A model generated the notes under the pieces. That model was not told the DNA's origin and did not search any database. It saw nothing but the letters and a program-made list of their open reading frames with translations. A stretch of 56,518 nt of DNA, the filler included, from Platydemus manokwari (lineage: Eukaryota), in assembly GCA_037951405.1 (NCBI GenBank). It is 5 parts of 5 records of this genome, joined end to end, with 100 filler letters (N's around TTAATTAATTAA, not from the genome) between each part and the next. Parts side by side here need not be neighbours in the genome. Positions count along the whole stretch, not along the records: positions 1 to 10,260 come from JBBMOY011152771.1; positions 10,361 to 22,967 come from JBBMOY010055569.1; 3 more parts are not named here. One strand, given 5' to 3'. A program made the position numbers and the translations under genes. Of this stretch, positions 1 through 13,898 are shown piece by piece (the first letter of the stretch is position 1; every line of letters starts with the position of its first letter).

Positions 1-3000
1 GCCCTTAATCTTAGTATTGGAGTCAAATAAATAGAGCAAGTCGCCATATAGTTTATAAAACCTTTCATAGTTCCGTAAAACTAAAAACAAAATTTCTGAA
101 TGACAACTATAATTACAATTTTTCACGGTTGCACCATTTTATATATTAATCATTTTATTTTTAATTTAATACCCTTGATAATATTGTTTAGAAATACCGT
201 GTGTGTGTTCCAAAAAAATGTTTTCTACAAGTGTGACCAAATGAATCCAAATAATTAGACAACACTGATTTAAATCTTTGCCAGATAACAATGTTTTTTT
301 AATTTGAAAACAACATTAACGGTGCTATGAACTTAAATACAAAGCCACTGAAGTGACTTAAATATAATAATAGACAATAATAAATATCTGAAATGTTTTA
401 ATGGCTTCCACACTTGTTGAATCAAACTAAACCCACGCGTAATGCATTCATTAAAATTCTACTTGATACTACAATAATACAAATATTCTGTTTCCTGATT
501 GTATTAATGTGAAATATGGCTTCATTTTGAACAAATGCTTATCTCTCTCCGACTCTTACTAATCATAACACATTATGCCTTGTTATTGGTCTATTATAGT
601 GCTCAACACATTTCAAAAACATTTCAGTAAGTCGTTACTAATGTGGTTTTTAAAATATGCTCATAACCTACCCTATTTTGCTGTAAGTTAAAATTGTGTC
701 TGAAAATCAAATATCAGTTTATAGTAGAAATTTCAGGTAGTAGAATTTTATTATTAATTTCTTATAAATAATAAAGTAAATAATATTTAGAAATAATAAA
801 GGACCACAACTAGGTAGGAAGAGATCTTAGATGAGTGGAAAAATCCATAAAAACTGATAATATACAGATATCATTATTATAATAATTGCTAGTAAGAATT
901 TAAAAACTAGTTGACATAATTGATAATGTGTTATATTTTCATGGGTTCCATTGTTGATTTAGTCTGGTTTTGATTGTGATTAGTAACGATTTGGGTTTTG
1001 TAATTTTGTATAATTTACAATTATAATTTTAAGTATTTAGCGTAAACTGATATCGTGACAATATTATGAAACACAACAATTAAAATAAGAACAACTTCAT
1101 TATTATATTGAGCCAATGATTTCACAAATTTAATACCATAGAATTAATATAATTGAATATATTGTAGAGTACGTACAACAGCATAAAAGATGAAAATATG
1201 AAGATCGACATTGCAAAGACTCTAATTATTATATCGTAACTATTTGATGTTAGTTTGAGTGATATATTGATTGTATACAAATTGATTGATACCTACGGTC
1301 TGGTTTTCTAGGCATTAGGTTCGTGTTTGCCAGAGTCCCAGCTCTCCTAGTATTCATTTATATTGTTCTAAGACTTCTCCATTCAATTCATTATCTTCAA
1401 ATCTTTGGACAAACACTAATTGTAGCTCATGTCACTCAGTTGCCAATGATTTGTTTACCTCATCACTCCTTATATTGGTTATGCGATTGTTTGTCTTGAT
1501 AATGTAATTAGATTGCTTTGATCATGTGCGAATTTACTTTTTCATAATGGCTGTAGATTATTTCAATTTTATTTTTCTGATTCACACGTGGCGTCGTTAC
1601 CTACCTCTCTTGTCAGATCCTTTGCATATTCAATAAGCGATTTGAATATATCATCTTATCGGCCAATAGGTTCCTAGAAAGAGTGTATAGTGGGATTGAT
1701 ACTATTTCCACAAGATTAAGGTCAATTTACTCACATTCACTTTCACATGCTGGACGACTTTGTACAGATAGTTCCCTTATATTCTGATTTCATGTCGATA
1801 TAAACTTCACATTAATTGTAGGTCTGATATGGAGTCAGAATTGATCGATTGAAATAAGTCGAAACCAATAATCGTAGTTGAATCATCGCAGCTCAGTTTA
1901 TAAAAACATCACGAACGTATTTAATTATCTAATTTATTATGATGAATTAAAAAACTATTGAAAATTGGAAGACTTTCATAAAAGAAAATTCTCAAAATCG
2001 GAAATAAATAATAATCACCTGATTATTAAAAACAAATCCAAATTAGGAGAAAGTAATTAAGACTTGATTTTCGCTACAAACAGTAAATAGGACATTGGAA
2101 AAATAGAAAATAGACAAAACAAGGTTATTTAAGATGAACAGCTGAATAATAATAATAATAAGAACTCTTGAACTAAATATGGATAGACTACAAAAAAGCT
2201 AATTAAAATAGAGGACTACAAATCAATAAAAAAGATATGAGATAGGATATGTAAACATTAACATAATAATTAACATAAACACTTATATTAATTTTTTTTT
2301 CTAAGCTTCATTTGGATTTCGATGGACAGGTGACGCACATCTAGATGCACCAATAATATAAGGGATAGAAGGAAACTTGTTAACATGCTAATCTTCAAAT
2401 GGATCCAACGAATGAAATGCAAAGATAAAAAACAACAGGTATATGAATAGTGTATGAAGAGAGTTGAGTTTCGAGAGAACTTGTCAGTCTTTTATGATCA
2501 GCAATTTCTGTCGTTGTGTTTATCTTTCGGTGCTGAACCCATTGTGATTTGACGTTTGGATATGGGGGTTTTGTTTTCTGAATAAGTTTGATTTAATGTT
2601 TTATTTTTAATGTTTGTGTGTAGACGATGTTATTTAATTATCATAATACACACACATATATAGTTTTTACGAGTTTCTAATGTTTTTGTCTTGAGTTTTA
2701 AATTTTAATTTTTAGCTCCGAGAGTTAGAATCTTTAATAATAGTACAAAATCTTTCACATTGAATAACAATAATATATGTTTCTATATTTGTATGCACTA
2801 TGTAGTTAATGAATTTTAAGTCGTAAACCACTCATCGCATTAATAACTGCCAGTATGACACTAAAATAAGGGATATCATTCTGTCTATCGATACAAATCG
2901 ACTTTGAACATTCATAGCACACAATCGTTGACTCATTATCACTAATAAATTTATATTTTAAATATCTTGTTTACAAATTGATTTCATTTATTTTCATTTG

Positions 3001-6000
3001 TGATTCATTCAATTCCGAGCCATTTCATACAATGTTTGTTTCGATGAAATATCATTTAATTAAAACAAACAATGAAATTTGATTCTTGATTATATTTATT
3101 GTAATAAATTATTATTAATAATTTGGCAAATTATCGAAACCAAAGTAAGATCCCTGATATGATGATTCATAATTAAATGTCGATCCTATATGATCCCGAA
3201 GACAATGATGATAAATGGATACTATGTAATCCACAAACATAATTTGTCTTCATTCATCAATCAATTGTTCTATATGCTACCATGATATATGTGTGGAATT
3301 TTGGAATTTTTGCAATGTACGCATTATTAAAATAATTGTTCTGGATATGAGACTAATGGTGTGATTTGAGAATTGTTGAAACAAAAATTGTGACAACCGA
3401 AAAATATTTAAAATATTTTTATGCCAGTGAATAAATTTATAATATTTATATTCGCCTTTAGGGAATTTAAATTTAAAGCATTATATTTTGTATTTTAAGA
3501 TCAGAGGATTGAGAAAAACAAAACTCCGGAAGATATTATATTCTTTAAGATAGAGAATTCCACTTTGTTTTACATTGTCGAAAAAAACAATACATCTCGA
3601 CTCGCTTTTAGATATTATTGATTTCCAAAACGTCTTTGATTTCCAGGGACAGCCAAAACCTCGAAGAATTGAGTGGCTAAAAAGGATCTCAAAAACAACG
3701 GGAGAGGGAAGTTAGATAAACAAAATGTGATTTGTTTTAATATTAAAAAAAACAAACGGTGTAATTTTGAAATAGAATAAAATATTGATGAAAACGAGTT
3801 ATCTTTTACTTAAGATTTCTGACAACATTCTTTAAAATCATGATTATTCGAAAGACAAACCCAAGTTTTGATGAAACGTGATCTGATTTCGGTTTGGTTC
3901 ATATCGAAAATATTGTACTCAATCTCAAACTAATAACAGAATTAAAATTTCTTTATGCATGTTGATCGCAATGAGTTTCTTGCTATGTACACTCAATAAT
4001 CGCAATCTCAATTTTCAATCTCAAGACGGTCAAATGGTGACAGCAAATAAAGAATAATTCTAAATATTTATCAGGCCAATGATTTAAACAATTTAGAGAA
4101 ATATTCATAATAATACAAAATAATAAAAATTACTAAGTAAAAGCAATAAACACTAATAAAGGGAAAAAATAAAAGGAAAAATTAAAATTAAAATTAACAT
4201 CAGAAAGAAAGGACAGGAATAAGTAATTTAATCCAGTCAAGAAGTATCCATATAGAATAAGCACAGTTGAATTTATCGACAAATCAAAATAGAAATCCGA
4301 TGATTAGGAATGAAATATAAAAATATAACGTATTTTATAAAGAAATTTAATATCGATAAAACTCAACGGAATATTGCGTAAAACAGAATATAAGAGCAGA
4401 ACAAAGTCCATACCTTACAATTTCCAAAAAAGCCAAAACCACTGGTACGAGAATTTTTACTAAAGCCAGATTATAATACATCGAATAATTCTACTATCTA
4501 TATCTCAAGGGAGATAATTGTTGATTTCCTGGTTTCTATTTGACAATTGATTTTTAAACAAATATATAATTATAGGATCGAATCATTTTTTGATAATAGA
4601 ACATACCTCTTGTAGTAACAACCAATGAGTTTTGAATTATAAAATCAAAATCTTTAGATTTCAGTTAAATTATTGTAGTTTCGTCATCATAAGAAATTAT
4701 TGAAGCCTCTCAAGAACCAGAGTAAATAATATCATCAAGTTCAACCAAAGTCACCAAGTCACCCAAAAACCAATACATATATCGGCAACGTCATTAAAAC
4801 AAGCAACAACATTTTGAATATTAGTCTTTTTAATAGCTTATCTTCTGAAAATTCAGTGAAGTTGGTGGCTAGTACACAAGAAATTCTATTGAAAGAAAAC
4901 TGACCAGTATTCATACTGAATGTATATTCCGAAAAATCTTGGCTCCATGACCTGATTTAGTATATTTTTTCTATGGACTTCCATTTGACACTTTACTCTC
5001 TTATATTTTAGTGGTCGCTCATTACTTGTTGAATAGAGATAGAGTTTAAATACCAATAAAAGTAAATTTTGGAAACCATGACTCAAAATTATGTAGACCA
5101 AACCGGATCAAAGTACATCTAAACAATTAAACAGTCTCAATAAAATTAGTGATATTAGGTCAGCATTAAAACGAAATATAAAGTAGATTGACATCAAATC
5201 AATTGACATTGGAAAGCTAATATCATTAGAGTATCAAAACACCGACAAAGAAGCCATCTCTCCAATTAGGAAGATTTTCTAAGATGTTATCCAATTAGAA
5301 ATCTGACTATTGAAAAAAGGAACATAATAATTTGCTAAAACCTGTTTTATCTAAAACAATGAAATGAAATCGTTACATATCTGAAGGAGAATTGCTTGAA
5401 GAAAATACTGTGTAAATTAAAAATGATAGACATCTATAAACTGGACGACAACACTTTGATTTGAAAGTTCTTGGCAAAGATAGAAATATTCAATCTTTTT
5501 CAACATTAAATTGTCATATTTTTCAAAAAGTAATTATCTATTAATATAAGCATTTTTGATTTTTATTTTAACGCTTGAAATAATTTAAATAAATAAATTA
5601 CAATTTCTTAAATTTTGTTGTTTTAAATTTTGGAATAATTAAATGTTTATTTTGTTAGTCAAATCTAATTGACCTAAATTAATGGCGTTAATTACATTTT
5701 CAAACAAAAAATGATCTTTTTAATTATTTCAAGAAATCCAATTCGATCAAATCATTTATTATTGGTAATTTGTCTAAGGCAATTATCTTTTTATGGTTTC
5801 CAATGGAATGTTTTTATAATTTTCCAAACTTTTTACATCATATTTTTAACAATCAATTGATGTTGCCTACGTTCTTTCTATTGTTCATATACTAATAAGG
5901 GGTAAACATTGATGCTTAAGCCTTATTACTTGAATGCTTAGCTTAAAATGTTAACAAAAAATTACCATTTCTATGAAAAGAACGACTTAAACCATTTCAT

Positions 6001-6443
6001 TTGAAAAGATTGTCCAACATTTCTTTAATTTTAAAACCAATTCACAATCTATGTCAGTTTTATTTTATAATCATAAAATTATTTTTGAATAGTTGTAAAA
6101 CTTAGTGATTAAAACTAAACAAATCAAGGCTATCTTTTAAATATACATTGGAGTAAAATGGAATTAAAGTTTAAGGAAACAATTCAATAATGATATTTTA
6201 TGGAAAATATTTATCGTGCCAATACAAAACCAAGATTAATTTTATCATCGATCAAGTTGTCCAGTTTAAGCTCATTTTCAAAATCCAAATAAAAACATTA
6301 GACAATATTACTTACAACAATAAAATCGAACAGATTTTTCAAGTCGACGAAAAATGATAATGTTCATCTATTTATAAAGTATAATCGTATCAATCTAAAA
6401 TTCTAACCTACTCACTAAATTACCAAAATTATTGGATGATTTT

Positions 6444-8342
6444 TTAAACCAGATTTCGAAACGCGCTTTGATAAAATTCATAATACTCAGGAAGATAATC
6501 AAAACAATCTAATTCTTCCCGGCCTTCTTGATAGAATTGGTCAACGACTTTCCGGTACTGTTTGTTTTGAAATGCTACACAATAATGGCAAACGTTTCTA
6601 TTGAAGCAGTCTTTCAGTTTAAGACAATCGGGAAAATTGTCCACTAGATATTGAAACAATCCATCATTTTTAGAGGTGATCGCCCAATGAATAATTGACA
6701 TTCCCTTTTTGTTGTATGCAAAGGCGTTCATTTCGTTTTTGATTACATCACTCCAATTCAAATCGGTGACTGAATTGGATGTTGAGAATATTTTTGAAGT
6801 CTTTTCATGCTCTTCTGGGAGACTTAAGTAAAAGTCCGCTACTTCCTGAGATACATCAAACAGATCTGGCCCACAAAGATCATAAATATTCGGAAAGTTT
6901 TCATAATACCCACAAATATATAGATTTTGTAAAGCCTGAAGATTTTCTTCATTGATCATGTTTAAAATTACAGAATCCAAATCATCTTTAATATTCATGT
7001 AATTCATCGATTGAGCTATTTCCTTCAAAGTATTAGCATTGCTGTCACGAAGACCAAAATTTACACCTCTTTTAACGATTTCAAACCAATCAACTTCCGA
7101 CGAATTAAAGGATTGCAATTTTTTAATCAAAAGTTTATAACCATACGGAGTACCACATTTATCCCTCGCAACTTTCGCGAAAGGAGAAAATATTTCGGGA
7201 TTAAAAGTGAAAACTTTTTCATCGGAATGAAAATCGGAATCAATCTTAATTCTCGATGATAAGACTTCATATTCATAGTCACTACTATCAAGATTCGTGG
7301 CATAGAATTTAAGAAAATTTCCCAAAAAGTCAATCGGATCTAGTGGTCGCTTTTCAACCACCAAAGCGAAAGCTTTAACGAGAGCATTCCCAACAGTTCG
7401 TTTCAAATATGCACTTTCATTTTTATCTGGTTTCGTTAGAGATTGAATATTTTCAGTGCGCTTTTTCAATTGAAATTCCATCAGATCTGATTTGATAAAT
7501 TCTTTATAATAATCGAAATTCAAAAGATGTGGATAACATTCATAATATTCGGGACAATTTCCCAAAACGTCTACAAAGTTAAATAGACAATTTGTAGACA
7601 TATCAACAATGATTTCGTTGCGTTGAGGTGTAGATTTAATAGAAAAGAGATAATGTAATGCCGTCCTACCCATATGATCAGTAGCCTTGATGTCATTTTG
7701 CAAGCAAATTTCTTTCATATAATTAATGAAATCATACTTTTCAAACACCACCGCAACATGGATTAAAGTCAGCCCAGATTGATTGCGAAATGAAAGGAGT
7801 TCATTTGTTTGAAATGTAGTTGATCTAAGAGAATCTTTGAAAATATTGAAATTACCAGAATCATTTTCAACAACCAGTTCAGTGAAAAGTCTGACATTCT
7901 CCGTAAGGCTTTCAATCGATGTCAAAAATGCCGTGAAATTATCATTTAATGAATCCCTCAATTTTTCAATAGCACTTTCCAAATACGGTTTATAATTCCA
8001 GCCTTGAACAATTAAACTTCTTATATAATCGCCTTCGCAATTGCGCAATTTATCCGCCAAATAGTCCACAAGTTCATTTTCATAAAACTTTTCCAACTTT
8101 CGACCTGGGAATAAGTCCTGGGCTAATTTAAATTCTTCATTCCGCAGCGAGATATTTGAACGTTTCAGAATGATTTCAAACACATCAACTTTGCATTCGG
8201 CTTGAACCAACAGATGGAGCAAAGAATTCCCATGTTCATTTCGAGTGTCCAAAAGCGATAAATCCAACTCTTCGAGTTTGTGTTTGATTTCTTCAATATC
8301 TTCTGTTTGAATAATGATATCACAGAAATAATTCAACGACAT
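6444..8342 (-). CDS. Ankyrin-repeat protein with a central Dpy-30/RIIa-like dimerisation-docking motif (632 aa, single exon)
   Basis: Uninterrupted 632-aa ORF. Ankyrin-like segments GNSLLHLLV, GLTLIHVAV, GRTALHYLF, GMSIIHWAI, NRNVCHYCV; Dpy-30-like motif YLKRTVGNALVKAFALVVEKRPLDPIDFLGNFL. Confidence 0.85.
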   Translation of the reverse strand: MSLNYFCDIIIQTEDIEEIKHKLEELDLSLLDTRNEHGNSLLHLLVQAECKVDVFEIILKRSNISLRNEEFKLAQDLFPGRKLEKFYENELVDYLADKLRNCEGDYIRSLIVQGWNYKPYLESAIEKLRDSLNDNFTAFLTSIESLTENVRLFTELVVENDSGNFNIFKDSLRSTTFQTNELLSFRNQSGLTLIHVAVVFEKYDFINYMKEICLQNDIKATDHMGRTALHYLFSIKSTPQRNEIIVDMSTNCLFNFVDVLGNCPEYYECYPHLLNFDYYKEFIKSDLMEFQLKKRTENIQSLTKPDKNESAYLKRTVGNALVKAFALVVEKRPLDPIDFLGNFLKFYATNLDSSDYEYEVLSSRIKIDSDFHSDEKVFTFNPEIFSPFAKVARDKCGTPYGYKLLIKKLQSFNSSEVDWFEIVKRGVNFGLRDSNANTLKEIAQSMNYMNIKDDLDSVILNMINEENLQALQNLYICGYYENFPNIYDLCGPDLFDVSQEVADFYLSLPEEHEKTSKIFSTSNSVTDLNWSDVIKNEMNAFAYNKKGMSIIHWAITSKNDGLFQYLVDNFPDCLKLKDCFNRNVCHYCVAFQNKQYRKVVDQFYQEGREELDCFDYLPEYYEFYQSAFRNLV

Positions 8343-9384
8343 ACGGGAAAAATTAAAAAAAATATTAGCAAAATGTAAATAAATACAATTTCCATGGAAA
8401 CGAATAAGAAATATTTCTACTCTGACAGCTCGTTGCTAATGCAATTTTCTTTAAATGAAATGAGAGAACATTAAAATGATAATTAATATAATGGATAATT
8501 ATTATTTTAACAAAAACTGTTATCAACAAGATAATGACATAGAAAAACACAAAAATTCGTCTTCCAAACATTGTAATAAAATGTAAATTATTATTGAATC
8601 TTTGCTCGAATTGCTGCTCTTTTGGTAGTGACGGCTTGAAATCCAGCGGTATGTGAATCAACACTATACTTAGATGTGCATGAATTACAAATCAAGAATA
8701 ATAATCGTGAATCTTTGGACAGTTTTGTATCCGATAATTGACATGTTTTGCATATTACATAGGCTCCTAGAAAAACAAGAACTCAATTACAAAATTCTTT
8801 GCAGAAGATTCCGAAGAAATCATGACAATAAAATGTTTAATGTTTATATTTAATATCAAAATCAAAACAATGAAAAGGAGATTCATATAGTTCTACTAGG
8901 AACAGCTCACAAAAAAATTCTCTGGCACATGTAATTATTGATTTATTGGTAGAGAAATTTTCAGATTTTTTTTCTATCGAATGAAAATACAACACATTTT
9001 TAGAAAATATGATAATTATTGCAAATAGCAAGTGAAATTTTTAAAAATTATTCAAAAAACAATGTTCATAATTGTTTGGAAATAATATATATAATTTGAG
9101 ATAAATTCTCAAATGAAAAATAAAATTAAAATTTTTATTCGATATTACCAATATTTCGGCTTCGTACCAATTGGTATAGATAGTCGGACACCGATAAAAA
9201 CAACTTATTGATTTTCTCTATTATTTAGTGGATAAAAATAATTTTGTTCAAATTAAACGATTTTTATATAGTGCCCCACAGCGAAATACTACAAATACAA
9301 TATTTTAAAAATGGCATTGACTAAATCGCAATGAATTGTTCTAACTTTAAAATCCTGTTGATTATTAATTATTCAATTTCAATC

Positions 9385-9760
9385 ATGATGGAACGCTAAG
9401 CGACTAAAAAGCGTCTTTATTGCAAAGAATTTTTATAAAACAGGAAACTGTTTCAAAGCGTCTCAATTTTTTTGAAGATTTTCACTGAGGATCAAGTCAA
9501 TTTCTTCTTTAATCGAAATTTGAATTATCAAGAAGCGCTGAAGAAAAGCACGTGGCAAACATGGTGATGATTCGTATGACAATAAAACTGGTGCAATTAC
9601 TAATGCTGTAGATGAATTGGATAATACTTTCTTCATATGAAATGCACCTAAGAATCTTAGCATTTCGAAAGCTTTGGTTCAGAGTTATTATGGCCTATTT
9701 TACCACACAATGAAAATCATCTCTCCAAGTTTCAAAACGTGCTCCAAAGCGTTGTCGAAC
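9385..9760 (+). mobile_element. Degenerate Tc1/mariner-superfamily transposase N-terminus (DUF4817-type HTH)
   Basis: Across frameshifts: MMER..VFIAKNFYKTGNCFKASQ ... NLSISKALVQ..GLFYHTMKII, resembling the MERY..QRVFIVK.YY..G.S / LGIS...QRIL..LGL.PYKI pattern. Confidence 0.5.
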
Positions 9761-10110
9761 GCCGAATGGAGCCAATTTGGGATTTTCAATTACCAATTTG
9801 AATTCTCCAAGTCGTTGAATTCGTTAACGAGGAAACCTAGTCATAGGCTTTCTTTTTTGGTGTGAAACAGAGCCATCTTCAAACATTGGATGAATTTTGC
9901 AATATAATGAGAAGCACTTCAAGACAAAGATTGTGTGGAGAGGTATGTTCTCGAGTTGTTCAGAAGTGAATTTATCTTTGATTTTATAGAAATGGCGATC
10001 ATTTTGAAAATTTAAATTTATAAAATGAGGCTTGTGAGGTTCGCTACGGGATACCTGTGTGCAAACACTATACTGGCATAGATCGTTGATTTCAATGTGG
10101 AAAATAAATG

Positions 10111-10260
10111 TATTAGGTTGGTGCAAAAATAATTGCCTTTTTTAAATTGGCTTTTCATTTTTAAATATTAAATTGAAGATCTCATGAAAATTATTCATAT
10201 AATATATCATTTTAAAGCTTTCTTTGTGCTCTGTTGTTTAGTCATTCTACATTGTTTATA
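10111..10260 (+). mobile_element. Left end of a cecropia-subfamily (Hsmar1-like) mariner or MITE, truncated by the gap
   Basis: TA followed by TTAGGTTGGTGCAAAAATAATTGCCTTTTT, close to the Hsmar1 TIR TTAGGTTGGTGCAAAAGTAATTGCGGTTTT. Confidence 0.75.
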
Positions 10261-10360
10261 NNNNNNNNNNNNNNNNNNNNNNNNNNNNNNNNNNNNNNNN
10301 NNNNTTAATTAATTAANNNNNNNNNNNNNNNNNNNNNNNNNNNNNNNNNNNNNNNNNNNN
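10261..10360. other. Assembly gap with TTAATTAATTAA linker
   Basis: 44N + TTAATTAATTAA + 44N. Confidence 0.98.
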
Positions 10361-12332
10361 AAAAATTAAAGTAATAATTTAAAAAATTAAAAAATATATT
10401 GAATTATTAAAAAATTCAACATAAAATATTTTAAAATATATGTTCATCTATTCATATACCTGATTAAGATTAGCAATAAAAGCTCTCTGGGCAAGATTTA
10501 AAATTTGTTTAAAATTTTTCTGATTTGTTTGTGTCAATATATAATTTACAAAAATCGATTAAATGAAGCCTTCCAATGAATCTTCAATTTTAATCGAAGT
10601 AGCTGTTACTGATAGGGGGCAAAAATGTTCCATTATGGGTTTAGTTTAATCTTGACAATATGGATGGAGAAGGAATTTAAATTCTCGATCAATTACTGGG
10701 AATTCATATTACTAAAATCACTTTTTTTCCAATCCAGTGCCAAATTTGAATAAAAAATGCAAGGTCCTTGCATATTAATTTCATTGGGATTATTCCTAGC
10801 GGCTCTCGAAGCAGCTCAAACTTTCTGAATTTTTTCAATTTAAATTAAACCCCCCCTCCCCATTTAAAATGTAAGTTTTAGTTCTTTGTTAAAATCATCG
10901 ATTAGGGAAATTTCGATTAATCAATATCACGTAATTAATAAAACTATCCACAAGGGAAACACTTGATAGCCTATTTAAATATTTCCAACTGCTCACATAA
11001 AACTACCTGATATGGAGGTATTTCGATCGTAATTTGAGGAAAACTTTTCGTTTGAGGAATATCTACTGTTCGTCAATAAAACATTTTAATTTCTTTTATC
11101 AACTTCGAATGTCAAATGGTTCCCACCAAAAGAATTGTTGGCAAATAAATCACTTTCAATTTACATCACTTTGATTATCATTATCAAACATTTTGTTCAA
11201 TGAACTTATTATCATTCACAAGTAACCAACCTAATTATTTCCAAAAATTAGAATTTTGAAGAGTAAAACTCAATATTAATGTGCTTAATAGTAAATTTCC
11301 AACATTAATTTAGATATCACGGCTTTGATAATAATAGGTCTTCTGAATCACCAAGAGAGATCTCAAATAACCTAATTCAAATCAATATTAATAAAACACC
11401 AATCAAACATTCACGTGCCCTTTTGATTACAGTGTCTTTCGAAAATAATTTCTTCATCAAAAATGATTTATCATAAAGCCCTAAGCATTTGATTGTATTT
11501 CCACAAAACATTAAGAAATATTTGATGAGTAACACAAAACGGGATTCACATCAATTTGATGAATTAAATTGGTGTCATCACAGTAGGTTTGAATCTGCCA
11601 TTGGGAAATGATGATTTTACGGGATTAATCAATAATGCATCTGCTAATGCATAATGTCGTATCAATCAATTATCAATCAAATCATTTCAAGCTGTTTATC
11701 GAAAAAATAAAATAAAATGATAAGTCTTATAATAGCCATAAACGTTATCCGGCTGAAACTATTTTCAAAGAATCTTTATCCAATCGTAAATTAAGAAAGA
11801 ACAAATAATATTTTATTGTTAAAATAGTTATCAATGCTAAATGGTCACAGCAATAATTGCAAAATAAAAGTTCATACAAATTCAAGAAAATCGTCAAAGC
11901 ACAGCGCTCAGAAATCGTCAATCCAAGTTATTAAGAAGACCTAGAGTTTCAAAAGTCAAGTAACGAATCTCAATGGGATCAGCACGAGAAAGATAAAAAA
12001 CAATTACAGAATTTACCGACCACAAAAGTCTAAAAGTTGCCGGCAAAATTCAATTTCTTTTAATAGACTTGTTGTGTGCGTTGAATTCTTCACACGCAGC
12101 TTTGAGTTCCTTCCGTTAAGAGTCTGAAGACCAGCCAATTAACAGATTTTCTTCTATCTCACATGCCATTGGTGTATCTCGACGCATATAGCCTTTTGTT
12201 GGCGTAAAATAACAGACTAATGAAGTCCAATGAGAAATTGGTAATTTGAAACCATCACATTGACTACTGGAACACTTGTGTTTATTATGTCTGTTTTGAT
12301 AATTATTCTTGATTGATTTAACATAGGATACA

Positions 12333-12965
12333 TGTGAGGAAAATCAAAATTTTAAAAATTAAAACGGACAAAATTATAATAATTTTAAAAATAAATTATT
12401 TAAAATGTTCGTGTTTGGGGTTTCCTTGGTTTATTTGAATTATCAGTCTCTATATTAATTTTATTGTGGATCAATGCCGACTTGATCAGTCTCTGTGAGC
12501 TCTGACCTACGCCTTAAGGTACACAAATTAAAACTTAACTTATAGTCTTCTTTTCTTCACATCGCTATCAAAACTATGTGGAGATAGTATGATAGGCAGC
12601 AATGATCCAGTTAATATTTTTATCAGTCTCAAAATGTATTTTGCTCGCAAACAAATCTAAATTTCAATGATTTTATCCTATTGAATCAACAACGCAACAC
12701 TTCACGTTTACAGTAACGTTTATTAGAATTATAACAATGATACAATTATACACTTATAAAAATGTTTGGGTTTAAACTACGATATACACTAAATAAAATG
12801 ACCTAAACGGCTACAAATTACAAATTCAGGAAGAACACGGTTGCGTACTTCAACTCTAGAAGCAGAACCTTTACCTCAAGATAGTTGAGACAAAGCTCCA
12901 TAATAAAATGATAAGCGAAATACGGTATATAATAAAGATGATGATTTTATAGGTATGGTCTTACT
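12333..12965 (-). mobile_element. Partial LTR (3' half), same family as 42763-44006 and 47566-48741
   Basis: Reverse complement contains tggatcattgctgcctatcatact, gtaccttaagg..cagagactgatcaagtcggcattgatcc and gaagtacgcaaccgt, all shared with the other copies; ends ...cctcaca. Confidence 0.75.
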
Positions 12966-12974
12966 TTGGGTCTT

Positions 12975-13482
12975 CCAGCAAATGCCGGACATATACTGAA
13001 ACAATTGATCTTCTGCACCAGACGATCTTCTTGAGTGCGTCGAAATTGAACGAAAGTTCTTCTCCAATTGATTCAATGTCAGGCAGCGATGATAACGGCA
13101 ATTAACAGCGAAAAATTGTGTCTAATAGAGTGTCCAAAATTGGATTTTATTTGTTTGCGACAGGTCGACAAAAGAATACTCAAAAGAATATTAATTCCAT
13201 TGAAGATATTTAGTAAAAGGAAATGTCAGTCATAAAATGCTTGATATAGAAATGCGAATGAAAAAGCTTCTGAATACAGAAGATACATTCGAAATATCTC
13301 CTCTTTCGAATGTTTGTTTTAAAAATAATGGATAGGATGATTCCCAAATAATATGTTTCTATTTTGGAGTTCAATAAAGTACTATAATCATTACAAACCA
13401 AATCAGACCGGACGCATAAATAGATTTAATAGTGTTAATCGAATTCAATTGATTATAATCTGGTATAAACTTCATCCATTTT
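12975..13482 (-). mobile_element. Mutator-like (MULE) transposase remnant
   Basis: Frameshifted motifs in MULE order: STLLNSKIETY, HFMTD, SFVDLSQ..KIQ..TLY, LPLSSLPDIESIGEELS, DQLFQYM..ICW. Confidence 0.55.
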
Positions 13483-13898
13483 GACCGATTATTATTTATA
13501 AAAACAAGAGATTAATTGAAATAAATCATGATTCAAATTGGTGAATTTTAAATTCAATACTTTTTTCATAATCAAACACTTTATAAATAAATTTATTAAC
13601 TTTGTTAAATTTGGGTAGATGTTGGATATTTTTTTAATCATTAATTTTCATCTGGAAATATTCTTTGTAAATTCAATATTTTATCACAATTAAATTTAAA
13701 TTTAATATAGTAGGCAAGTTTTAAAATAGAAACTAGTGTTACTTTATTGAAGATTAATCATATTACCATTATAAAAATGGTCTTTTATTTGAATTATATT
13801 TTTATTTAAACTTATTTATTTATCTAAATATTAACAAACTCTTTTGTTTTATCGAATAACTTAATATGTTGTTAAGTTATTATTAGAAATCATTTGAA

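Noticed and set aside
3500-4080. Possible piggyBac transposase remnant (GTAK..KKDLKNNGRGKLD)
   Set aside because: Motifs too weak to support a call.
7011-7333. Short ORFs overlapping the ankyrin gene
   Set aside because: Antisense or alternative-frame shadows of the 632-aa CDS.
8365-9031. Hydrophobic short ORFs here and many others in the track
   Set aside because: F/I/L/K/N-rich products expected by chance from AT-rich DNA; no motifs or splice support.
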